From positions 1-64,000 of the IMG/VR virus record IMGVR_UViG_3300028549_001137: a DNA stretch of 64,000 bases; one strand, given 5' to 3'. Both the position numbers and the translations under genes were made by a program. Every line of letters begins with the position of its first letter. Positions within the stretch are counted from its first letter, which is position 1. The stretch is from a virus. Its lineage: Duplodnaviria > Caudoviricetes. Below the pieces are notes generated by a model, which saw only the letters and a list, made by a program, of their open reading frames with translations, was not told the DNA's origin and searched no databases. This document shows positions 1-8,980 of this stretch, piece by piece.

Positions 1-1443
1 AATGCTTATGATTTATATGGAAATAAAAATGTTGTAAAAGATCCAGGAGTTGCTGGGGTAGAGGATGAGCATAGTAAAGCAATGCAAAAAGAACTGGATA
101 TTCTTAATGGCCGAAGGAATAATGGATCACTTCCTGTTTACCACAATGGTGGTGAAGTAGCGAGTACTGGGGCTATATTTGCGGAAAGAGGTGAACAAAT
201 AATACCTAAAGGGGAAATTCTTTCAGGACCTGCGACATCATCTTTAAATGGTGGTTTAGACAGCACAGACCTTATTCGTAAGTTAGAGGCACTTGAATTA
301 AAGGTGGAGGATAAACATCTTGTAGCGGAGTTAGATAATAATGTTGTAAAACTTGAGAGCAATGTAGTTAAGTTGGATAGTAATGTTGTAAAACTCGAAG
401 ATAATGTAGTTAAATTAGATACTACTGAGGTTATCGCAAGGCTTGATAATAATGTTGTTAAATTAGACACTACTGAAGTTATTGCCAGGTTAGAAAGTAA
501 CATTGTAAAACTTGACACTACTGAAGTTATCGCCAGACTTGAAAATAATATAGTAAAACTAGAAAGTAATATTGTAAAACTTGACACTACTGAGGTTATT
601 GCTAAACTTGAGAATAATGTAGTGGTACTCGAAAACAATACTGTTACACTTGATAATAATGTTGTTAAACTTGACACTACTGAAGTTATCGCCAGACTTG
701 AAAATAATATAGTAAAACTAGAAAGTAATATTGTAAAACTTGATACTACGGAAGTTATAGCTAAACTTGAAAACGACATAGTAAGGCTCGAAAATAATGT
801 AGTGGTACTCGAAAGTAACATTGTAAAACTTGACACTACTGAGGTTATTGCTAAACTTGAGAATAATGTAGTGGTACTCGAAAACAATATTGTGGAGCTG
901 TCTACTAAGACTGTAGATTTATCCACTACTACAGTAGATTTGGCTACAAAGACGATAATCGCTGAATTAGATACTAAAACTGTGGAACTCTCTACTAAGG
1001 TAGTTGATTTAGCAACTACTTCGGTGATGGTTAATTTAAACATAGGTGACGCAGAACAGCGTTTGTTTAGTGCGATACAGAATGCTATGAATAGTAGCAC
1101 CATTCATATGTCAACACCTCCTAATAGCGCTGGAAGTGCCGCAATGGATAGTATATCCCAGGCGGTTTCTGATGTTAATGATAAACTAATAAGTGCTACT
1201 ATGGTTGTTAATAATAAAATAACTTTCTTAGAAGAAAATATTGGTAGTATAGTGTCTAGAAATGTTGACGCTAAATTAGCAGCAAAGATGCTTAATGTAC
1301 AAAGTGAGATTTCTGAGTTACGTACTAATATAGGGCATGTTGACAATAATGTAACCTCTAGAATAAGTAGAGCAGAGCGGGAATTGAATAATACTACTTA
1401 TTTAGCGCATCAAGCGTTGAATGCTAGGAATACACAAGGATAG
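1..1443 (+). CDS. Probable tape-measure protein, C-terminal part (5' truncated by window)
   Basis: Frame is open from base 1, so the start lies upstream of the window. YHNGGEV...IFAERGEQIIP resembles the xHxGGxV...GExVxP motif common near phage tape-measure C-termini. Followed by hub-like genes. Confidence 0.6.
   Translation, partial: NAYDLYGNKNVVKDPGVAGVEDEHSKAMQKELDILNGRRNNGSLPVYHNGGEVASTGAIFAERGEQIIPKGEILSGPATSSLNGGLDSTDLIRKLEALELKVEDKHLVAELDNNVVKLESNVVKLDSNVVKLEDNVVKLDTTEVIARLDNNVVKLDTTEVIARLESNIVKLDTTEVIARLENNIVKLESNIVKLDTTEVIAKLENNVVVLENNTVTLDNNVVKLDTTEVIARLENNIVKLESNIVKLDTTEVIAKLENDIVRLENNVVVLESNIVKLDTTEVIAKLENNVVVLENNIVELSTKTVDLSTTTVDLATKTIIAELDTKTVELSTKVVDLATTSVMVNLNIGDAEQRLFSAIQNAMNSSTIHMSTPPNSAGSAAMDSISQAVSDVNDKLISATMVVNNKITFLEENIGSIVSRNVDAKLAAKMLNVQSEISELRTNIGHVDNNVTSRISRAERELNNTTYLAHQALNARNTQG
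331..1035 (+). repeat. In-frame tandem array of 7-aa (LxxNxVK) and 9-aa (LDTTEVIA[RK]) units
   Basis: 22 heptamers and 9 nonamers counted in the translation. Exact DNA duplications at 508-584 = 667-743 (77 bp) and 571-640 = 820-889 (70 bp). Confidence 0.95.
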
Positions 1444-1456
1444 AGGATTAAAGGAA

Positions 1457-3478
1457 ATGGCGAACACTAATCCAACATATATAAATGATTTTTGGGAAAA
1501 CTTTGGGGACTCCTCTCAGTTAGTAGAAATAGAATGTAAAGGTCCAGAGGGGAGTTTGGCCGCTCATGTACTTGAAACTTTTGGTTTGTACAAAGGTGCG
1601 GCCACAAATAGTATAGGTGGAAATATTTCTAATTTAGATATAAAGCATATGGACGCCATGTCTGTTATAAATCTATCCTTATTAGAAGAAGCCGCAGAAA
1701 GTTCTTTTGGTGGCGATATATATGAGGCTATGGTAAATGAGTATGGTGAGGTTGATTTTGTAGCTATAGGAGAAAATTCTGCTGATTTGTCTGATATATA
1801 CTACCAAGTACAGACAAGTTCATATAAAGATGAATGTAAAGGTGTTATGATTACTGGTGGAAAACCCATGCCTATTAGGAAAGAATTGGGGTGGAAACCT
1901 ATATGGGGAGCAGGCAATAAAAAAATATACGACACTAGCAAGATGATAACTAATTGTAATGAGCCAGGTTATAGCACCCACGCAATAATTGTGTTTAATA
2001 ATCCACATTTGGATACTTTAGACAACGATGGTATAAATAATTTGTATGAGATATCAGACCCTTTTGAGAGTATTGTAGGCTACGCTAAATATATACATGC
2101 TCCTGGAAAAACTGCTGAAACAAATATCGCGTATAGTGGGGATTCTACTATTATTCCTATACAAGTGGGTACTACTGGAAATCCGTATGTAGGGATACTA
2201 CAGGACAGGCCTAAAGTTGATCCTGCGGCTACAATATATGGTTCCAGTTGTTGGGTAAATGCGAGTAAGTTGGTTGGTGATGTTACAGACGCTGTAAAGA
2301 TAGATATTCCTGAAGAGTTTAGATTTGAAGATATACGTAATACTAAAGTAGATAAATTTGTTAAGGTAAACCAAGTACTTATTATAGGTTATGAAATACA
2401 TCTTTTAAAAACAGCACCAAACGACGCTTCTGTAGGTGTATCAGAAGTACCATCGGATGAAAATACTTACGCCATGGTACATATCAATAATACTGTTAAG
2501 GGTATATATAAATTAGATGAGGGGAAGCATTATGTAATAGTGTATAGCCCAGAGGATGATGATGATGGTATGAAAGATCCTTATATCCTTTTTGGTAAAG
2601 ATACTAAACCGAATGAGCCTAAAAGTTATGGTAATAATACAAATTATATGCTTAGTCCTTTTTGTGAGTTAGCAAAAGTGGAAGGTACAGATAAAAAAAT
2701 AGGTACGATCATTCCTTGCTCTGAGAATAGAGGTTATTTAGTAGAAGAAATATGGACGATGGTAAATATAAACTCACCATCAATATCAGTATCAGACCCA
2801 GAATATGACCCTGAGGCTAAATGGTCTAAAGCGATAGACATAGCTACTAATTTAGAGTATATGGTAACACCAATTATGCTTTATGATCCTCCAGCACCAA
2901 TAGCTTTTAACGGTGAAGAGATAGACCAGACACAGGGTATAGCAGATAAAGACCCCACTACCGCCCAAGATTTAGATGCTACAGAGTTAGAATTAGCAAT
3001 GGATGTGATGGATGGTGGATCTGGCCTAACACTGTCGTTATCTTTTATAACTGATATTGAAAAATTAAAAAATATTTCAGAATCTTTATATTTGTTTATG
3101 AACGCTGATTCTGGGATAGAGACTACATATGTATGTGGCCCATCAGCGAACCCTCATCTTGGGGATGCTGGACCTTCAGGTGGTATAATAAACAGTATTA
3201 CATATTCTTACACAGATAGTTCATCGTACACTATTTCTGTTAATGAAGGCTCCAGAATTATTGGTAATTTTGCTAGTAGTAGTGGCGGTCCTTCTATGAA
3301 AGCTACAGAATCTGTAAGTTCACGTGGGACGATTATAAAGGATATGGGGAATAACATTTTTTATAAAGTAAAGATGGATGGCTTTGGTGATAGAATAGCA
3401 ATTAATACCTCCCCTACTATATTGAGAGAAGGTGATATAGTTAGTTGCTCAATACATAATAATCCGGTGGAGGTGTAG
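1457..3478 (+). CDS. Putative baseplate hub / tail protein with C-terminal OB-like domain (VgrG/gp27-gp5-like architecture)
   Basis: Start moved to ATG 1457 after AAGGA. PHLGD...IINSITYSY...YTISV resembles a hub C-terminal barrel; the final ~55 aa (GTIIKD...YKVKM...GDIVSC) look like an OB fold. Directly follows the tape-measure-like gene. Confidence 0.45.
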   Translation: MANTNPTYINDFWENFGDSSQLVEIECKGPEGSLAAHVLETFGLYKGAATNSIGGNISNLDIKHMDAMSVINLSLLEEAAESSFGGDIYEAMVNEYGEVDFVAIGENSADLSDIYYQVQTSSYKDECKGVMITGGKPMPIRKELGWKPIWGAGNKKIYDTSKMITNCNEPGYSTHAIIVFNNPHLDTLDNDGINNLYEISDPFESIVGYAKYIHAPGKTAETNIAYSGDSTIIPIQVGTTGNPYVGILQDRPKVDPAATIYGSSCWVNASKLVGDVTDAVKIDIPEEFRFEDIRNTKVDKFVKVNQVLIIGYEIHLLKTAPNDASVGVSEVPSDENTYAMVHINNTVKGIYKLDEGKHYVIVYSPEDDDDGMKDPYILFGKDTKPNEPKSYGNNTNYMLSPFCELAKVEGTDKKIGTIIPCSENRGYLVEEIWTMVNINSPSISVSDPEYDPEAKWSKAIDIATNLEYMVTPIMLYDPPAPIAFNGEEIDQTQGIADKDPTTAQDLDATELELAMDVMDGGSGLTLSLSFITDIEKLKNISESLYLFMNADSGIETTYVCGPSANPHLGDAGPSGGIINSITYSYTDSSSYTISVNEGSRIIGNFASSSGGPSMKATESVSSRGTIIKDMGNNIFYKVKMDGFGDRIAINTSPTILREGDIVSCSIHNNPVEV

Positions 3479-3480
3479 TA

Positions 3481-4056
3481 ATGTCAATAAGGATGATAAA
3501 AATAAGGGCTACTGTATCTATAGGCTCTGGTTTTATAATAAGGACTCCATTTGTTCAGTCTTTTAATGTTAGAAAGAGTAGAGGACAGATATCTTCTTTT
3601 GACGCTTCGCTAAAGGTTTCTCATAATGAGATAACACAATCTAATATGGGTGGACGAGTAACAATATCTGCAGGAGAAGAAGGGAACGAAAGAAGAATAT
3701 TTACCGGTATACTAAAAAAAGCCACTGTTTCTCCGTGTTGGGATGACCCAGGCTATGTTCTATTAAATATAAGTGGTGTTGATGAACTTAGTAAATTACA
3801 AGGCAAAAAATACACAAGACGTTGTAGGGCTACTAAAAGTACTTGGGTCAGTATAGAGGGTGTGGTTAGGGAAGGCCTACGGGATGGTAAATTTGCTTAT
3901 GAAACTGACGTTGTTACTATATCCCCAGATAGGATGGTCCCAGGCGGTACAGAATCTTCAGTAACTCCGAAACTACCTACTGCAAAAGCTACATTCAATA
4001 GCCCTGCTGAGGTGTTTCCTTTAGTAGAGGTACACCATAAAGTGTCTATATCTTAA
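3481..4056 (+). CDS. Baseplate-hub-like protein (N-terminal barrel only)
   Basis: SFNV...SSFDASL...GGRVTISAG...IFTG...LNISGVD..SKL pattern typical of gpD/gp44-like hub N-termini. Confidence 0.45.
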   Translation: MSIRMIKIRATVSIGSGFIIRTPFVQSFNVRKSRGQISSFDASLKVSHNEITQSNMGGRVTISAGEEGNERRIFTGILKKATVSPCWDDPGYVLLNISGVDELSKLQGKKYTRRCRATKSTWVSIEGVVREGLRDGKFAYETDVVTISPDRMVPGGTESSVTPKLPTAKATFNSPAEVFPLVEVHHKVSIS

Positions 4057-4085
4057 AAAATGATTGAAAGGATTGGTAAAAAACT

Positions 4086-4472
4086 ATGTCTAATATTTCT
4101 AATATTTCTGTTTATTTAAGGGCTGGTGAGGAGTATACATTTGAAGTACCGTGTAGTTTAGAGAATAATGGTGGTTATTTTCCAGAGCCTGGTCCTATTG
4201 AGTTAAATGGTAAGACTATAAGTTTACAAAACGGTTTTTATTCAGATAAGGAAGATATTGGTGTAATAAAGAAAAAACATGAAGATAGAATAGCTGTAGA
4301 TTATAAACATCTATTGCCACTTGAAAACACAATATGGTTTGTGGCACTTACAGGAGAGAAGGTGCGTATTCTTATAGCCAATGTTCCAGTACATGATCAT
4401 GCATCTATAAAAACAGGAGGACCTGCTTATGGTACATACTATAGTGAGGTTACTCCATCTAAAAAGGAGTGA
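4086..4472 (+). CDS. Hypothetical protein
   Basis: 128-aa ORF tightly packed in the operon; no recognised motif. Confidence 0.6.
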   Translation: MSNISNISVYLRAGEEYTFEVPCSLENNGGYFPEPGPIELNGKTISLQNGFYSDKEDIGVIKKKHEDRIAVDYKHLLPLENTIWFVALTGEKVRILIANVPVHDHASIKTGGPAYGTYYSEVTPSKKE

Positions 4473-4483
4473 TAAATTAATAT

Positions 4484-5077
4484 ATGTCCACTAATTGTTG
4501 TAAGTTAGTAGGTAACTTTTTTATTGATACCGATTTTAATCTTCCTAATGGTTGCTTTATCTCGGTGAATAATAATATAAACACAGAACTCAGCAACCAG
4601 GACTGCGATCTTACTGGTGGTGTAACTGTAGGCACTCTCAATATATCTGGTTATGTTAGTAGTACAGTATTTCAAGGGTGTCCAGGAAGGGCCGGAGTAA
4701 CTGTGTTATGGCAGAGGAAGTATGACTGCTCTAGTGATATGTTATATTTTATTTATGGTGGTGAAGGTCGCTCATATATGTCAGGTAACGCTGATACTTA
4801 TGTTGAATTAAATAGAACATTTGGTCAAAAAACACGCATAATAACAGCCTCTTCACAATCAGGCCCAGCAACATTGTTTTCTGACATAGAGCAGATAGAA
4901 GGGATAGGTATGGACTATTCTGGAGGTCCTATTTCTTTTAATACAGACTCAGAAAGTGGTGTAACTATGAGTAATATGGGTATAGGTATTAGTGACTATT
5001 ATTTACAGACTTTTAATATAGAATTGGTTCCGGGCTCTATACCGGTAGCCAGCTATACTTTTGCGTATGTTCCTTGA
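4484..5077 (+). CDS. Hypothetical virion protein (beta-rich, possibly tube/hub fold)
   Basis: 197-aa Gly/Ser-rich ORF in the tail region; fold is inference only. Confidence 0.5.
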   Translation: MSTNCCKLVGNFFIDTDFNLPNGCFISVNNNINTELSNQDCDLTGGVTVGTLNISGYVSSTVFQGCPGRAGVTVLWQRKYDCSSDMLYFIYGGEGRSYMSGNADTYVELNRTFGQKTRIITASSQSGPATLFSDIEQIEGIGMDYSGGPISFNTDSESGVTMSNMGIGISDYYLQTFNIELVPGSIPVASYTFAYVP

Positions 5078-5105
5078 TACACATACGAGGGAATAAGGAG
5101 AAGGG

Positions 5106-5396
5106 ATGGCGACATTTGAGGGTAGACAGTATATACTAAGAGCAGGAAGTCCTATGCCTACCTCGGTGAGAGGTGAGTTTGTTCTTCATACATTTATGGC
5201 AGTGTATAATGATATAATTATTGATACTTGTACTACAACACTGCCTACAAGCAGCCAGTTTAGAGGGCAAGGTGGTAATTTTATGAGCGCTAGTTTTACT
5301 CAATTGCCATATAAAGGTGGAATCCATTTTCAAGGAAAGACTGTGGAGAATGATGTCTTTATCTCAGAAGGTGGTTTAGGGTTTAATAATGGCTAA
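5106..5396 (+). CDS. Hypothetical protein
   Basis: SD GGAG upstream; stop overlaps the start of the next ORF. Confidence 0.6.
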   Translation: MATFEGRQYILRAGSPMPTSVRGEFVLHTFMAVYNDIIIDTCTTTLPTSSQFRGQGGNFMSASFTQLPYKGGIHFQGKTVENDVFISEGGLGFNNG

Positions 5397-5634
5397 TAAA
5401 TTTATTGAATGTAGTACTATAAATATAAGTTATAACATAATGGGCATAGCCACTATTAATTACTCTATAGTATCAGATGGTCCAGATTTTAGTATGTCTA
5501 ATAATATCACTATAGGTGATAAAAAGTTTAGTGGTATTATTACTAATGCTCATATGCAGCCTATACCAGGTACAGATAAGTCATCGTCAGGTGGTTGGTA
5601 TACAATAAGTGTTACAATGATTGCTACTACGTAA
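5389..5634 (+). CDS. Hypothetical small beta-rich protein
   Basis: 81-aa ORF overlapping the upstream stop. Confidence 0.55.
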   Translation: MANKFIECSTINISYNIMGIATINYSIVSDGPDFSMSNNITIGDKKFSGIITNAHMQPIPGTDKSSSGGWYTISVTMIATT

Positions 5635-5649
5635 TTTAGGAGAGATATT

Positions 5650-5883
5650 ATGGCTTGTGGTTCTTGTTCAAAAAGAAGGGAAGCAAATAGGTCTAGTTCA
5701 AGACAAACATCATTGGAAAATTATGATTTGTCTGGGGGTGTGGATATAAAAAGTTTGAATGATAGACAAATTAAAGCTAGATTAGAAATATTTAAAAGAA
5801 AGTTCTGTAAAGATTGTCGTAAATTTTATACGTGTGAGTATTCCAATTATTTGGGGTGTAAAGGCATTAATAAAGTAACCTAA
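5650..5883 (+). CDS. Small basic Cys-rich protein
   Basis: SD AGGAG; MACGSCSKRR start and FCKDCRKFYTC...C cluster suggest metal binding. Confidence 0.6.
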   Translation: MACGSCSKRREANRSSSRQTSLENYDLSGGVDIKSLNDRQIKARLEIFKRKFCKDCRKFYTCEYSNYLGCKGINKVT

Positions 5884-5901
5884 TTAGTTATAAGGAGATA
5901 G

Positions 5902-6564
5902 ATGATGAGTCAAACAATTGTTATAGGTGCTGCTAGTTCAGTATCTTTTAGTAGTACTTGTGCTGTGTCTGCACAATGGGGTTTTAATCCAGGAAGGCAA
6001 GAGGCTTTTTGTTTAGGTAGTTGGCTCCCGGATGAGCAATATGTGATATATAAACCACAACAGACGTTGAGTATAACAGTGTATGCCCCTGGGCCTACAC
6101 ATAATTTACCAGTGTCTAGTAATTGTAGTGATGCTTCTACTATTTCGGCATCTGTTACTCCTTCTACCTGTGAGGGGAGCAGTGACCCCATAGGTGGTCA
6201 GTGGCATGTTACTGGTTACAATTTCACTAAAGAGACTAAAGACCAACCTGGGCAGGAGTCATGGTCTTTTACAAAGTGGAAAGGTATAAGTAGTTTGATT
6301 GACCCAGGTGAGGCTCAGGTAATAGAGCCTTCCGGTGTTATTAGGGGAATAACACAAGGACAGGCCTCTGACGCCGCATTAGCAGGAATAACGTTTAGTA
6401 CTACGTTTGCAGAGTCAAGTTCAGGAAGTGTATCTGCCGGTGGGCTTGGTAAAATTCAGACTGTTCTTTACGGAATAGTTACAGCTGTTGGTGGGGGCAC
6501 TAATAGTGTAAATGAGTTGGCCACAGGAAGTGTTTCTGTACCATACACACCATTATATGTTTAA
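5902..6564 (+). CDS. Hypothetical virion protein (possible tail-tube-like fold)
   Basis: SD AAGGAG; beta-rich Ser/Gly/Thr composition; located in the tail module. Confidence 0.5.
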   Translation: MMSQTIVIGAASSVSFSSTCAVSAQWGFNPGRQEAFCLGSWLPDEQYVIYKPQQTLSITVYAPGPTHNLPVSSNCSDASTISASVTPSTCEGSSDPIGGQWHVTGYNFTKETKDQPGQESWSFTKWKGISSLIDPGEAQVIEPSGVIRGITQGQASDAALAGITFSTTFAESSSGSVSAGGLGKIQTVLYGIVTAVGGGTNSVNELATGSVSVPYTPLYV

Positions 6565-6590
6565 TATTTAGGAACTAAGAGGAGGAAAGG

Positions 6591-7025
6591 ATGAAAGGAT
6601 TTTCTTTATCGGAAAGGTTTAGATTAGAGTTACATTGGGATGATGTTCTATATGAACAACCTGGACGTTGTAAGGTTATAGGTGCTTATTTTACTGGTCC
6701 AGTGTTGCAGATAGCACAGCAAATAAATAGTAATGACAATATAATGTTAGATTTTTTCTCACAATATCTGCATCTTGTAAAAAGTGTTTACGTCGCTAAG
6801 TTTTTTTGGAAAGAGGTTACCTATGTAGATAATAATAACAAGGTACTTCTTAGTGATACATTTATAGAGCATGACAAAGAATTAAATAATGTACCAACAC
6901 TGTCTAATGCTGATTGGTTAATGATAGACACACAGGGACATGATGTAAAAAATCATCCATACGTTTTGGTATATAAAACTTACGTTATGAATGAGGGTAA
7001 AGATTTATATAGGTTTGGAAAATAA
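6591..7025 (+). CDS. Hypothetical protein
   Basis: SD GAGGAGG; TAATG overlap with the next gene. Confidence 0.65.
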   Translation: MKGFSLSERFRLELHWDDVLYEQPGRCKVIGAYFTGPVLQIAQQINSNDNIMLDFFSQYLHLVKSVYVAKFFWKEVTYVDNNNKVLLSDTFIEHDKELNNVPTLSNADWLMIDTQGHDVKNHPYVLVYKTYVMNEGKDLYRFGK

Positions 7026-7519
7026 TGGCAATACGAAACTATTGCATAACAGTGTCTGGAAGCACCAATGAAGAGAAGTGGGTGGAGGTTAGAACAGTTA
7101 TAGGTCCGGTACCAAGAAACAACCAAGCGTCAATAGACCTAATGAATGCTGATATCGCAGAGTATAATAAAGCAATATTAGATTACGGAATATCAGTAGC
7201 GTTTGATAAATGGTTGATATGGCGACTAACTGTTGGTACTTCTTTATATGGTAATCTACCAACTAACCAAAAAATTAATAGTAAATTAGGCCGTAGATAT
7301 CTGCAATGTCCTTACGACACAGCATGTAGTGAAGCCAGAACACGCGCGTTGTTACTATTAAGTGACACAGATGTTTTGCCAAGTAGGTTTTTACATGAAA
7401 TAGGTACCGATCATTACTATATGAAAGTATCACCTCGCGGTAATAGGTGGGGCTATGAGTGTACTTTTCCAGGGTGTCCGTTTCATATCACAAATAATAA
7501 GAATTATTTCTATATCTAA
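7025..7519 (+). CDS. Hypothetical protein with C-terminal Cys/His cluster
   Basis: CPYDTAC and CTFPGCPFH motifs; coupled to the upstream ORF. Confidence 0.6.
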   Translation: MAIRNYCITVSGSTNEEKWVEVRTVIGPVPRNNQASIDLMNADIAEYNKAILDYGISVAFDKWLIWRLTVGTSLYGNLPTNQKINSKLGRRYLQCPYDTACSEARTRALLLLSDTDVLPSRFLHEIGTDHYYMKVSPRGNRWGYECTFPGCPFHITNNKNYFYI

Positions 7520-7533
7520 GGAGGAAAATAAAA

Positions 7534-8514
7534 ATGGCACTAAATTTAGATACACAAGATCTTGATAATTACCCAGGTAGGACTAAGAGGGTAACAGTAG
7601 ATCTTAGTTCAATAATACCAATAGGTTTTGATGGTGATGAACAGTTTATTTTAAGCACTACTACAACGGCATATAGTGATAATGCTGCAAGAACAGCCAT
7701 ACAGAGTTTGTATGTTACTGAGATGAAGGCAGGCTGGTGTAAGAGTTCTGGATTTGTTGGTTCGTCTGGAAAGTTTTATATTGATGATACACATAATAGT
7801 TTAAAAGTAAGGTTGGACGCTACAGTAAGTGGTACTGATGGTAGTGGTTATTATACTATCACTCTAACACCTAATGATGATATGACCCCTGTAGATGGGG
7901 AGGTGCTTGCTGACGAAATGGAGCAGAAAATACGTGCCGTAGCTAATGTTATTGCTACTGCGGACACTGGTTTTTCGATGGCTTATAGGAATGCATCTGT
8001 GGAGTACAAAAATAGTAAGTTTTGGATAGTCTCTGGTAGTGTTGGTAAATACTACTCTGGGTCTCATAGGTCTTCTGTCCTCGTTGCTCCAGCATCGATT
8101 AACGACTGTACAGAAAGATTAGGTTTTGACTTACCTACTACAAGTGTCGCTCTTGACAGTGTAGCAGTAAAAGAAACTCTGTTAAATTCTAATTATACGG
8201 CTAATACCTCTACAGTAAGTGTTAATACCGGTACTGGGGCGCAGCCAGGTATGGCGTTTATGATTACAGATGGAGTTAACACTGATTATTTTACTGCCAT
8301 TTCAGGAACCACTGACTCAGCAATTAAAGTGGCCACCACTGCAACAAACAGTTACACAGGGATTAGTCATTCTTATTCCGCTAATAGAGCAAAACTTCAA
8401 CTTTTAAAAGAGCAGGATCCAGAAGGATCTCCTACAAGTTGGTACACTTCTATAGATAAGTTAATTAGGTATGGTATTAAAGTAATGGTTAGCCAGATAG
8501 ACTATAGTAGTTAA
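7534..8514 (+). CDS. Virion protein with a sheath/flagellar-cap-like insertion domain
   Basis: SD AGGAGG; domain FYID..NSLKVRLD...LADEMEQKI...FWIVSGS...LGF is shared with the ORFs at 20762 and 28865. Confidence 0.5.
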   Translation: MALNLDTQDLDNYPGRTKRVTVDLSSIIPIGFDGDEQFILSTTTTAYSDNAARTAIQSLYVTEMKAGWCKSSGFVGSSGKFYIDDTHNSLKVRLDATVSGTDGSGYYTITLTPNDDMTPVDGEVLADEMEQKIRAVANVIATADTGFSMAYRNASVEYKNSKFWIVSGSVGKYYSGSHRSSVLVAPASINDCTERLGFDLPTTSVALDSVAVKETLLNSNYTANTSTVSVNTGTGAQPGMAFMITDGVNTDYFTAISGTTDSAIKVATTATNSYTGISHSYSANRAKLQLLKEQDPEGSPTSWYTSIDKLIRYGIKVMVSQIDYSS

Positions 8515-8536
8515 CACGTGTAATAAGGAGAGCATT

Positions 8537-8980
8537 ATGAGCGACAAGGTAAAGGTAAAGGTTACGGACTTTTTAAATTGTTTGTGTTATGATTTTAATT
8601 ACAGACTTTTTTCAGGGGTACCTACTAAAGGATTAAAAATTATATATGACAACATGGACCCAGAGGCTATGTTATATATACCGGCAGTGGATGAAAGTGT
8701 GGCACTTGGTATTATAAGTGGTGCTTTTATATCTGGGTATAAAGGTGCGGTTGTGTTAGACCACAGAAGGTTTAATGTTGTCCATACACAGATGTGTTTA
8801 TTCAACGTCCCTAATAGTGTTTGTACTTTATTTATTACAGACTCTTGTGGCGAGATAGATTTACCTGTGTGGCACCTTGCTGATGGGCTTAAGATACTTA
8901 ATGACATTGACACATATATTAATATAGACAACAATGGTTCTGGTGTGTTGGTTATAGATGAGGGGGTGCTTTGTGTATAG
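8537..8980 (+). CDS. ThDP-enzyme PYR-domain protein, ComD / phosphonopyruvate decarboxylase alpha-like (degenerate)
   Basis: FSGVPTKGLK..IY...LYIPAVDESVALGIISGAFISGYKGAVVL matches the family pattern F.GVP.S.LK...IPA.NE..A.G...GA.L.G....V.M. The catalytic Glu is retained, but QNSG is replaced by DHRR. Confidence 0.7.
   Translation: MSDKVKVKVTDFLNCLCYDFNYRLFSGVPTKGLKIIYDNMDPEAMLYIPAVDESVALGIISGAFISGYKGAVVLDHRRFNVVHTQMCLFNVPNSVCTLFITDSCGEIDLPVWHLADGLKILNDIDTYINIDNNGSGVLVIDEGVLCV

Noticed and set aside
138-1346. Long minus-strand ORFs (321 aa, 80 aa)
   Set aside because: Antisense shadows of the low-complexity repeat gene; no SD or independent motif.
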